A stretch of 61,628 bases of DNA, filler included, from Globobulimina sp. (Eukaryota), in NCBI GenBank assembly GCA_003354225.1. It is 10 parts of 10 records of this genome, joined end to end, with 100 filler letters (N's around TTAATTAATTAA, not from the genome) between each part and the next. Parts side by side here need not be neighbours in the genome. Positions count along the whole stretch, not along the records: positions 12,398 to 18,493 come from PIVH01000363.1; positions 18,594 to 24,680 come from PIVH01000364.1; positions 24,781 to 30,847 come from PIVH01000365.1; 7 more parts are not named here. One strand, 5' to 3'. Of the stretch, positions 18,174 to 28,504 are shown piece after piece. Position numbers and translations under genes: made by a program. The notes under the pieces are model-generated. The model was not told the DNA's origin. It ran no database searches and saw nothing but the letters and a program-made list of their open reading frames with translations. Positions within the stretch are counted from its first letter, which is position 1. Each line of letters opens with the position of its first letter.

Positions 18174-18595
18174 AGAATATAAAACAGTAACGATTGGTTG
18201 TGAAACGTCCGGGTAACGTTTGGTATATTAAAGGTTGATATTGCGGTTCTGTAATACTTCAGAAGTACTATCCAGTACATCTGACGAACCACAATAGAAA
18301 CCTAGATATCTCCGAACCTGTCACCAACCAATCGTAGGTATCGAAAGATACCCAAACCTAAGTAAGACGAACAGAATTATGTGTTTTGTGGAACTAAAGG
18401 GACAAAACACAAGTTCTGTAGGAAAACTAACTAAGCAGTCCAGAAAAGCGTTTCTGGAAACACCACATAATATTACATAATTATGACGTCATCNNNNNNN
18501 NNNNNNNNNNNNNNNNNNNNNNNNNNNNNNNNNNNNNTTAATTAATTAANNNNNNNNNNNNNNNNNNNNNNNNNNNNNNNNNNNNNNNNNNNNTA

Positions 18596-21121
18596 GTTCC
18601 TGGCGATCCGGTTGCATCCACATCGTATCTGGCCGACACACATAATTGCGCCACCTCAAATGTTGAAACTTATTTTATTATACAATTACGTGATTTGTAT
18701 GGCAACACAATTATTAATGACCCAAATAATAACAACACTCTTACTGCTCTGTTATTGTGTTCTCTATATTCTATTAATACCACTATCTCCTGTAACTATT
18801 ATATAAATGGCCAATATAAATGTACGTATACACCAATAAAATCTGGTTCGTGTTTAATATATGTGACCATATCAAATATTCATATTACAAATTCACCATT
18901 TTCTATATTTGTAGAAGCCGGCGAAATATCATCCACTCATTCATATATTTATGATATTAATAATGGCGCAAATATTTATAGTATCGCAGGAATAATAGAT
19001 TCGTCCTTTCGAATACAGTCACAAGATATAAATGGAAATAATTTAACCGGTGGAGAGCATACATTTATTTCAAAATTGGTCGATAAACATAATATTTACC
19101 CGGATGTAGCAGCTGAGATAACAGATAACATGGATGGAAGCTATATAATAAATTATATCACACAATTTGCAAATGTTTATGAAGAATTAAATGTTCAATT
19201 AAAAAATTCTGGTGGTTTAACGGCCATATACTACACAGATTATTCCTTTACAAATACATACGACATTCAAGAAAATATAATTGATTCAATCATATCGTTT
19301 GATTGGGGATATAACGAACCCGTTACAAAGCTGGTTACAAATTTCCCAGCTTGTGATTATTTTAGTATTGAATGGTTTGGTTATTTATATCCCCCATATT
19401 CTGAAACATACACAATTTATACCAATATTTACGCTGGAACCGGCGTTCAATTATATGTCAACAATGAGCTATTGATTGATGAATTTGACCCTTTGGATGG
19501 CGAATCTGATCCATTTATAATTATACAACTAACAGCAAATACATTTTATGATATAATCATTAAATTCCGGGAACAAACTGGACAAAGTAAGATATCATTA
19601 GAATGGCAATCTGCGACCATAACCAATAGAATACCCATTCAGTCTCAGTATTTATATTATATCGCTGATATTGGCAATAGCAATATATCTGTCATACCAT
19701 CGGATAGTTTAGCAACTTCATCCACTGTCATTAATATGCAAAATACTGTAATTGCTGGCATGCAAAATGAATTATTCATTATTACAAAGGATATATACAA
19801 TAATATACAAACACATGCTGGAAATGAAGAGTCAGCATTTAAATTATATTTAATTGATGACAACAATAATCAAATAAATGGTACAGTGCAACAACAACAA
19901 TATGATAACGGTGAATATATTGCAACCTATACAATTACAAATACATCGTCACAATATATATTATACATGACATACAATGGAATAAATGTTGATGAATCGC
20001 CGTATATAATTAATATATTGCCGGGCAATTTAAGTACCACACAAAGCAATGCAGCATTATTTAATGGCCGCGCTGGGGAGTTCCAAATATTTTCATTATT
20101 TATTCGTGATTCGTATTCAAATTTAATTTATAACCGTGATGTATCAATATCGTTAATATTGACTCATATGATGAGTGGAATCACCGTAACAACAAATAAT
20201 ATGACATATAATGGAGATGGCGAATATATAATAACATACAATACCACATTATCTGGACAATACGATATAAATATTACATTAAATAACACATATTTTTTAA
20301 GTCCATCATCAATTGATCCAAATCCTCCAATAATAAATATTTCCACAGCAATTGCATCATCATCAAAATCATATATTATTGGATGGTCGTCGGGTGTACC
20401 CAGTACGCCGCCAATCTCTTCATTTGCAAATATTCAAAAAACTATTCAATTAATTGATATATATTCAAATCCAATTTCTTTTGGTGATGGACATGGTTAT
20501 AATTTTTATGTCGTGTTACAAAATGCAAGCGACAACATTGTAAACCAAGGCATCATTACATTAGCTCCGAATGGTACATATTTTATTAATTTTACTGTTG
20601 CAGCAGCCGGTATATATTATTTAAATGTATTGCTAGCATCGGGCGACAAAGGTATTGCAGATGGTTTATTTGGAGAATATTTTAATAATCGATGGTTATA
20701 TGATATACCATATAATACGCAAATTGATACCAATGTGAGCTTAAATTGGGGCAATGATTTAATTACATACACTGCAAAAAACTTTGTTAGCATTCGTTGG
20801 ACCGGATTTATTAAACCTTTATATGCCGAAACGTATACATTTATAATAAGTTCAGATGATGGATCCAGACTATACATCAATAAGCAATTAATATTTGATC
20901 ATTTCTTGAGTAATGCCGGTAGCTTTAATGGAACATATACCTTCAATACGGATAATTTATTATATCCGCTTAGAATTGAATACAGAGAGAATACGGGAAA
21001 TGCAAATATCACGGTGCAATGGGAGAGCTCTTCCCAATCCATCCAAATTATTCCTCAATCTGTGTTGTTTTCGAGTGCGTCGCATATCAAATCCAGCCCA
21101 TTTACATTTATTGTTACATAA
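18596..21121 (+). CDS. Large extracellular PA14 plus filamin/Ig-like repeat protein (5'-truncated)
   Basis: Two PA14 domains (FSIEWFGYL..., SIRWTGFIKP...SDDGSRLYIN...IEYRENTG) among filamin-type repeats (DxYGN, DGSYII, SPF); frame open from the contig start. Confidence 0.85.
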   Translation, partial: VPGDPVASTSYLADTHNCATSNVETYFIIQLRDLYGNTIINDPNNNNTLTALLLCSLYSINTTISCNYYINGQYKCTYTPIKSGSCLIYVTISNIHITNSPFSIFVEAGEISSTHSYIYDINNGANIYSIAGIIDSSFRIQSQDINGNNLTGGEHTFISKLVDKHNIYPDVAAEITDNMDGSYIINYITQFANVYEELNVQLKNSGGLTAIYYTDYSFTNTYDIQENIIDSIISFDWGYNEPVTKLVTNFPACDYFSIEWFGYLYPPYSETYTIYTNIYAGTGVQLYVNNELLIDEFDPLDGESDPFIIIQLTANTFYDIIIKFREQTGQSKISLEWQSATITNRIPIQSQYLYYIADIGNSNISVIPSDSLATSSTVINMQNTVIAGMQNELFIITKDIYNNIQTHAGNEESAFKLYLIDDNNNQINGTVQQQQYDNGEYIATYTITNTSSQYILYMTYNGINVDESPYIINILPGNLSTTQSNAALFNGRAGEFQIFSLFIRDSYSNLIYNRDVSISLILTHMMSGITVTTNNMTYNGDGEYIITYNTTLSGQYDINITLNNTYFLSPSSIDPNPPIINISTAIASSSKSYIIGWSSGVPSTPPISSFANIQKTIQLIDIYSNPISFGDGHGYNFYVVLQNASDNIVNQGIITLAPNGTYFINFTVAAAGIYYLNVLLASGDKGIADGLFGEYFNNRWLYDIPYNTQIDTNVSLNWGNDLITYTAKNFVSIRWTGFIKPLYAETYTFIISSDDGSRLYINKQLIFDHFLSNAGSFNGTYTFNTDNLLYPLRIEYRENTGNANITVQWESSSQSIQIIPQSVLFSSASHIKSSPFTFIVT

Positions 21122-21725
21122 ATCGATCCAGTCATATTAAATGATTTAACACTGACACAATAAATATATTTTTAGTGACAAATTGTTCTTTTGTTTTCTT
21201 TATAGATAACTTCTTTCTGTTACAAATTCTTTTGTGTATCACCAGTTTTAGCAGCAACTAGCTGGTTTACCATTATTTTGTAGCTCAACGTTCTGTCAAA
21301 CTAAAATATTTGTCAATGACCAAAAAAACTTACAAAGATACCGCACAGTTTCGTCTCCGTCTCCGTCGCCGTCGTGATATTACTTTCATGCATTCGTCGC
21401 GGCACCGATATCAAGGTTGTCAACACAATTAAAAAGTATATAATTGTTTATTATGTCCTTTTATATATTAATATAGAAATATGGTTGACATTATTCGTTT
21501 TGACTATTAAATACTGATTGTTCGGTATTGGTTTGTCGATATTTTGTTCGGGTTTGTCATTGGTTTGACATTGCTACCTTTGGATTGTGTTTGCAGCGGC
21601 ACACTTACCGCTACTACGTAGCTATTCACCATTTCATAGGAAGCAAAAAGTTAAATACATGTACCATGATTTTAAGGTTTTTGAACTTCTCTAGTCATCG
21701 TTTAATCAGTCGAGTCCGCGCTATA

Positions 21726-22966
21726 ATGTTTTGTCGGCACTCTAAGTCATTGGGTTCAAGTTATCATTGATATGTATCCTTGCACAAAAATTGAATAATA
21801 ATATAATTTTTACTTTACATATAGAGTTAATTACCAATAATACTCGAGAATTTGCGACATCTGCATTGTCTGCTAAACTACCTCGTATATTTGGCCTCCG
21901 TGATCGTTATCTAGAGCGTCAATTGGAAGGTGATATAGCAACCGATGCCTTGTTGTCTAAGTTGCGACGTAAAGAACCTGTACGTGTGACCGTAACAGGA
22001 GCAGCAGGCGCCATTGGATATGCATTGTTGTATCGTTTATGTAATGGAGAGATGTTAGGAACGGATCAGCCGATAATATTAAATTGTTTAGAATTACCGG
22101 TTGCAATGAACGGATTACGTGGTGTGGCCATGGAGTTGGAAGATTGTGCCTTCCCATTATTGACAGAGTTAAATATCTCTGATGATCCAAACCAAGCATT
22201 TGATGGCACAGAGATTGCGTTGATGGTAGGCAGCAAACCAAGGGGACCAGGCATGGAAAGAAATGATTTATTAAAAGAAAACGGAATAATATTTCAAAAA
22301 TTAGGACAAACCTTAAATTCAGCGGCAAATAAGAACTGTAAAGTAACCGTTGTGGGTAATCCGTGCAATACAAACTGTTTAATATTAGCCAACAATGCGC
22401 CCGATTTAAAAGCGTCCAATTTCACCGCCATGACCCGTTTAGACCATGACCGCGGAGTATCAATATTGGCGCGAAAAACCTCATTACCAAACAGTGTGAT
22501 CAATTATGTGTCGATTTGGGGCAATCACTCTTCGAAATTATTTCCAGACTTAAGGTTCTGTAAAATCCATGGCGTTGAAGTGCAAGAGTTAATCGGTGAA
22601 ATGAGATTTGATCGATTTTGGAAAAATGAGTTCATACCAAAAGTGCAACAACGCGGTGCGCGCATCATTGATATCCGTGGGGCCTCTTCGGCGGCATCGG
22701 CAGCAAATGCATGCATTGCACATACAAGGGATTGGTTGATGGGTTCGGCCCAACCGGATTGGACATCGATGGCTGTTATATCTTCGGGAGAGTATGGCGT
22801 TGAGCCGGGACTGGTATTCTCATATCCCACATCTTGTAAAGCTGGCTCATATTCAATTGTTTCATATCCTGCTCCATTTGATGAATTTCAACAATATCAA
22901 ATTGAACAAAATATTGATGAATTAGTTATGGAAAGAGATGCTGTTTCTGCATATTTACCAAACTAG
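21726..22966 (+). CDS. mdh: Malate dehydrogenase (MDH1/type 2 clade) with N-terminal extension; intron 21760-21824
   Basis: [48 protein letters not shown]. Confidence 0.92.
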
Positions 22967-23157
22967 AAAGTTGTTCTGAGACGGCCGGACTTGTAAAGCT
23001 AACTGACTGCAAAAAATGTTTAATTCCGCACAAAGTCATATGATATCACAATGACACAATCTCACTTTCTTAAAATCTATAACCACCGTTCTCGACTCGG
23101 CTCGGCTCGACTCACTAAACAATTTTCCTTTCACTGCACTGCAGTCTCGCTCTCACA

Positions 23158-23722
23158 ATGCAATCCTCCTCTAATGCAAGTCATGTTGGACAATCAGAGT
23201 CATCATATGTTGAAAATACAAATGATGGCATTGCCAGTAATTACACACCAAATAAATTAAAACCTGCAATGATGACTTTATCTGGTCATTCTTGTGTTAA
23301 ATCACCTGCAAATTTGGCACCACTTCCCATACATTCAAAGAAATCAAATCAGTTTAAAACACAAAAAGATGCTGAATATCTTGCAACTGGTTTGTGTATG
23401 ATTTAATTATATAATTACAAACTTCTCACCTTGTATATTTTCAAAAAGATGATTTTGCAGAATTTGAAGACTTCGAAGACTTTGAAGAACATGGTGATCA
23501 TAATGAGGATAATACAATTATTCATACACCACCTTCGAATATAACTGATAATAACAATAATTATCAACAACAACAACAACAACAACAACAGCAATATAAT
23601 ATAAATAATTGTTATTATGGTGGTGGTGGTGGTGGTTATAATAACAATAGTAATGACACACAGCAATTTTATCATCACTCACAATATCAACCAAATCCTA
23701 ATCAATACACTACAAATAATCC
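23158..23722 (+). CDS. 5' part of a low-complexity (Q/N/G-rich) eukaryotic gene, intron 23390-23448, cut off at a chimeric junction
   Basis: Phase-1 splice joins ...YLAT-D-DFAEFEDF...QQQQ...PNQYTTNNP, then bacterial sequence follows. Confidence 0.6.
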
Positions 23723-24680
23723 ACTTGTTTTTTAATGGCACCGTTTTCTTTTATTTTCTTTTCAACCGTACTTATTGAATGCATAATCGTGGCATGATAT
23801 CTGTTAAAACACTTTCCAATGGTCTGCAGAGGCTGGTCAGTATACAGTCTTGCAAGATAGATCGCTATCTGTCTTGGAAAAACTACAGACTGCCTGCGGG
23901 AACGTGAGACAATGTCGTTTTTGGAGACTTTATACTGTTGGCATACAAGCTTTTTGATAACGTCTATGGTAATAGTTTTACTCTGGCTGACAATGTTTTT
24001 TACTACACTTTCAGCAAGGCCAAGATTGATAGGAGAGCCCATCAGGGATGATTTTGCGGCAATCCCCACAAGACCGCTTTCAAGCTGCCTTACATTATCG
24101 GAAAGCTCGCCAGCCAGATAATCCACTATTTCACCTGGTATCGCATAACCGTTTTCTTTTGATTTTTTCTTCAGTATCCTTACCCTTGTTCTGAAGTTCG
24201 GCGGATCAATATTTGAAATAAGTCCGCTTGAAAGTCTGGACCTTAATTGGTCGCTCATCTTGGGAATGTCTGCGGGAAGATAACAACTGGTAAAAATAAT
24301 CTTCTTTTTTTCTTCAAGCATGTAATCCAGAGCAAACGAGAGTTCGTGCTGTGTGCGCTCCTTGCCACTGAGAAAATGTATGTCCTCAAGTAGAAGCACG
24401 TCACAGTTCTTTCTGTACTTTTTTTTGAACTTATCTATGGATTTACTTTTAAAGGAATAGATCATTTCATTGGCAAAGTCCTCGGCAGTGACATAGTACA
24501 CCCTGTCAGAGGGATACTTGGACATGATATGGTGCCCCATGGCTTGTGAAAGATGGGTTTTGCCCATTCCTGTTTTGGACAATAGAAACATAGAGTTCTG
24601 GTCTGAACTCCTGTTAGATGCAAGGGAGTGGGCCAACCAGTAATCATAATCGTTGTTTTCGCCCACTACAAAGTTGTCAA
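23710..24680 (-). CDS. dnaA: Bacterial chromosomal replication initiator DnaA (domains III-IV, partial at both ends)
   Basis: FDNFVVG, Walker A GMGKTHL, DVLLLEDI, SRLSSGL, NVRQLES, PRQIAIYLAR, IGKCFNRYHAT; style resembles Desulfobacterota (inference). Confidence 0.93.
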
Positions 24681-25100
24681 NNNNNNNNNNNNNNNNNNNN
24701 NNNNNNNNNNNNNNNNNNNNNNNNTTAATTAATTAANNNNNNNNNNNNNNNNNNNNNNNNNNNNNNNNNNNNNNNNNNNNCATCATAACCACCAGCAACC
24801 TGCACCAACCACATTGAAACAATATTTGTTGATACCGTTTGTCTCGCCTTTGTTGTCCAGGCAGTTTCTTTATCCAGAAATTTCCTGTAAAATTATACAG
24901 TTCAGCACCGTCGAATGGTTGCTAATTCTTCTATGAGGTATAGATATAGATAAAGAACAATACCTGAGCTCTGTAGGTACTGTACTCATAGGGTACTCAA
25001 ACTGAACCAGGTTTTCAGCTTGGTTACATATTCTTATATTTTAGTATTCTTGTTTCTTTCATTAGCAAACAAAAAAAAAGTTACAAAACTTTTTCTAAGC

Positions 25101-26167
25101 ATGGGTTGTAAGGCTAGTTGTGACAGATGTTGTAAAACATGCAATTGTCCGCGAGAAACAGATACAGCCGAAGGACGCCGCCGATTGTTGAATGAACACC
25201 CTTTGATTATCAAACAAGAATCGGGCAAAGTCAAAATAAGCACTGAATATATTGAAAAACCAGACGGCACATTACTTTTTGGCAAATTATTTGAACCACA
25301 AAATCCAAACAATGCCACCGCATTGATTTGCCACTGTATCGGTCTCGCGGACCATGTGGATAGTTTCCCCCATCACGAAGCATATCAATTCGCTGAAATG
25401 GGGTTTGTTGTATTCATATGTGACTGGAAAGGACATGGTCGATCTGACGGAGACTTTATTCTCATTCAAAACTTTGATGTCGATATGGTTGATGAAGGAA
25501 TTTGGATATTTAACTATGTCATAAATAAATACATAAAAACAAATAAAATATATTCGGCTACAATCCACCAAAACAATCGCTATTTTTTAAGGTTCAAATT
25601 TTTTTATTATCCATGCATAATATATATATAAGTTATTGTATTTACAGTGGACATTCCATGGGAGGTTCTATCGCCATTAAAATTGCATCAAAATCACAAA
25701 TTAAATGGAAAGGACTGTGTTTGATGGCTCCTGGTCTCTGCTACAAAGAACAGCCGCCACAATGCGTTGTATCAGTGTTGAAATGTTGCTGTTTACCCAT
25801 TTGTCCCCAAGCAAAATTGGTACCAAATACTGTGAATGTCGAGAATTTGTCCGCTGAGGAATCGGTAAGGCAGCACTTTGAGCGTAACCCTGTTTGGTAT
25901 GAACAGCCATTCTCATTCGTTTCTTCCTATTCTTTGCTTCGCGCGCCACAAACAATCGAAATAGAAGCATGCAATTTGAGTTTGCCATTGTTTATTTGTC
26001 ATGGCGCTGCGGACAAAGTGGCGGATCCCGAAATGAGTAAAGCGTTTTATGAAAACTATGGAGTTAAGCAAAGCGATAAAACATTAGCTATATATGAAGG
26101 GAGAGGACATCAATTATTAGAAGAGGAACCAAATTGTATCGTTGATATTGCACAATGGTTGAAATGA
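25101..26167 (+). CDS. Monoacylglycerol lipase/lysophospholipase-like alpha/beta hydrolase; intron 25592-25647
   Basis: DWKGHGRSDG; spliced FLSGHSMGG nucleophile; HGAADKV; GRGH; MGC N-terminus. Confidence 0.9.
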
Positions 26168-26791
26168 TTTAAAGATTTATTTTTTATTTAGTGTTTTTGT
26201 TTTATTTTTGTAGAGTTACTATGTATGTTTTGTATAGAGTTATCATTAAAAGTCATCGTTGAGGCTTTTCGAGCTGCTGTGATAATGCTTTGTCGACATA
26301 CTGTAGTTAATTACTTCGTGAATTACCACTGATTATTGTTGACTAGTCACAATATCAGATTGTATACATATTATCCTTGGACATGCAGGCGGCATTATGC
26401 TGTTTCTTTCCTCATGAAAAAAAAATAAAATTGTACATAAATTGAAAACTCAAAATAAAATAAAAAAACGACGTGTTTGATCGAGCCTCGATACAACAAG
26501 ATTCAACACAAAAATTGTACAAGATACACATAATAAGGACAATATCAATTTGATGAGACGTAAATAAAAAAATTATTCACATATCCATCAGATTGTAGAC
26601 ACAAATTATGTACAACACAAATAATAACTAACCAGAAAACCAAATCACAGACAAAACTGTATTATATTTATAATTTCTATAAAGCCATCAAAAAACACTA
26701 TTAAAAATAATATATCTTTTATCAAATTGCAAAAAAAACAATGAAATCGTTAACAAACAAAAAAAACAATTGCAAAAACAAAAAAACAATC

Positions 26792-28309
26792 TCACAGACA
26801 TAATCTGAATTGGTTATAATCCAAATCAAGCGAATCAGTTTGAAACACTTTATTTGCGCACACAAGTTTCCATTTTTTATCATTTGTCCTCAAATCATAA
26901 GATTCGATCGAATTTGAATACGAACAGCAAATATTGACCACATTCGGAGCATCCACATCTTTCCATAAACTTGGATAATATTTATGCGGTAATTGTGTAT
27001 TGGGCAAATTATACCATTTATCCTTACAAACATCATAATACTCCACACTCTGTGTAGCATAATCACCGCCGCCTAAATACAACTTTTCCTCCATATTATC
27101 ATAGATTAAGCCGCCAAATTTCCTCGCAATATTACACGAGGACAACCCTCGCCATTCTCCATCCCCATCCCCATTCAAGTCAAGCCACTCCACACTGCAC
27201 AATGGATCATGATCTGCCGACGAACCCGCCATAGCAATCAATTTGTCATTGACCACACAACACGACGGAAACCATCGTATTTCTCGCATAGCCGGTAACT
27301 GCTCCCAGATCCACGCATAATTCTGCTCAAAATATGCCTCACCACCAAAGGATAAATTATACACTTTGTCCGACTGATATCCGCCAACAGAGAGCAATCC
27401 ATATTTCGCATCGAAACACACCCCGTTCCCACCGGTTTTGATTGGAAACGCAGGTAAATGCCAATTAAAACCGATTATTTCCTCCATGGCGGAGTTATGC
27501 AAATGTCCCTCATCGATAACCACTGCGGTACAGACATCAGACCAGCCGCAGGTGCCCGAACCGCACAGTTTGAACATAATGTTATATTCACGCATTATAT
27601 TATCGTTTCTCTGCAGGTTTGTACGTTTGTACGCTTTTATAATATCACTGTGTACGCCGCAGGGCAATAATATGTTTTTTGTGCTGCATAAAGCGGCAAA
27701 TTTAACGATCCATTCCTCGGTGAATATGGATAATTTGTTGGTGTGTGCTAGTTCATAGATATTGGCGCAATATTTGTGCATTGGAGCGAGTGTATGCGAT
27801 ATGTATACACCGTAATTGTTGAATAAATACTCGTTGTGTAGGTCGTCAGCGTCATCGTCAGAGTCCAAGGAAGGGAACGTTTTGGTGTCGCTATGTTCGG
27901 CGAGTAGATATATGTAATTCTGATGATTTGTGAGTGTGTAATAATAGCTAATGCATAGACAACGTATAGGCGATAGGTCAAAGTGGAGATTTGTATGTGT
28001 TGTTGTTTGTGTTTGCGTGTTTTTGGCGAGAATGTGATGGAGAAAGCCAGAGATTAATAGGAAATCTCTATCATTTATATCTAGATGCGGATGGTGAGGG
28101 TGTTTGCGATTTAGTTGGCTCTGATCGTGGTGGTTAGATTCATTGTCGTCTAAGGTACTCATTTTGGCAATGTCGCGTAATTTCGATTCTTGCGGGTCTT
28201 GCAATTGTAAGTCCTTTACGTCGGTGGTTGGTGCACAGCATGTGTTGGTCATTGAGTTCACAAAATAGGAAAATAAGTTCACCACGAAATCTTTAAATAT
28301 AAACGTCAT
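26792..28309 (-). CDS. Kelch-repeat protein
   Basis: Repeated GG...W...L.M..R kelch blades (LSVGGY, WEQLPAMREIR, YLGGG..SVEYYD..KW). Confidence 0.8.
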   Translation of the reverse strand: MTFIFKDFVVNLFSYFVNSMTNTCCAPTTDVKDLQLQDPQESKLRDIAKMSTLDDNESNHHDQSQLNRKHPHHPHLDINDRDFLLISGFLHHILAKNTQTQTTTHTNLHFDLSPIRCLCISYYYTLTNHQNYIYLLAEHSDTKTFPSLDSDDDADDLHNEYLFNNYGVYISHTLAPMHKYCANIYELAHTNKLSIFTEEWIVKFAALCSTKNILLPCGVHSDIIKAYKRTNLQRNDNIMREYNIMFKLCGSGTCGWSDVCTAVVIDEGHLHNSAMEEIIGFNWHLPAFPIKTGGNGVCFDAKYGLLSVGGYQSDKVYNLSFGGEAYFEQNYAWIWEQLPAMREIRWFPSCCVVNDKLIAMAGSSADHDPLCSVEWLDLNGDGDGEWRGLSSCNIARKFGGLIYDNMEEKLYLGGGDYATQSVEYYDVCKDKWYNLPNTQLPHKYYPSLWKDVDAPNVVNICCSYSNSIESYDLRTNDKKWKLVCANKVFQTDSLDLDYNQFRLCL

Positions 28310-28504
28310 TTTTTGTCTGGATTGAACAAATAACAATTGGTTGGAAAGTAGAAATAAATTAAGTAAATAAATTGGATGTTGAGCTCGAGATAAGTAAGTT
28401 CGGTAAGTTTGGTATGCAACGCGCCGTCGATTGCGCGTGATGGAAATGTTAGTTTTCACTTCTTCGGTTTTTTTCAGTGCACATCATGTCTCTCAGATAC
28501 AGAG

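Larger units (their letters stand above)
12398..18493 (+). mobile_element. Tyrosine-recombinase retrotransposon (DIRS order, Ngaro-like), apparently full length, 5977-bp unit
   Basis: ORF0, gag-like, RT/RNase H and YR ORFs all co-oriented and intact; contig ends are a 119-bp exact direct repeat. Confidence 0.9.

Noticed and set aside
18222-18275. Hairpin-ribozyme-like words GGTATATTA and AGAAGTAC
   Set aside because: No N-GUC cleavage strand or AGAAACA loop-B partner in the required positions.
18281-18301. Hammerhead ribozyme core (CTGACGA...GAAAC)
   Set aside because: No stem II can form between the boxes (ACCACAATA), stem I has a mismatch at the cleavage site, and these bases fit better in the long rod helix.
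21768-21770. Apparent premature TGA in MDH exon 1
   Set aside because: It falls inside a phase-compatible GT-AG intron (21760-21824).
23415-23678. Hydrophobic 87-aa minus-strand ORF
   Set aside because: Antisense shadow of CAA/AAT/GGT trinucleotide repeats coding on the plus strand.
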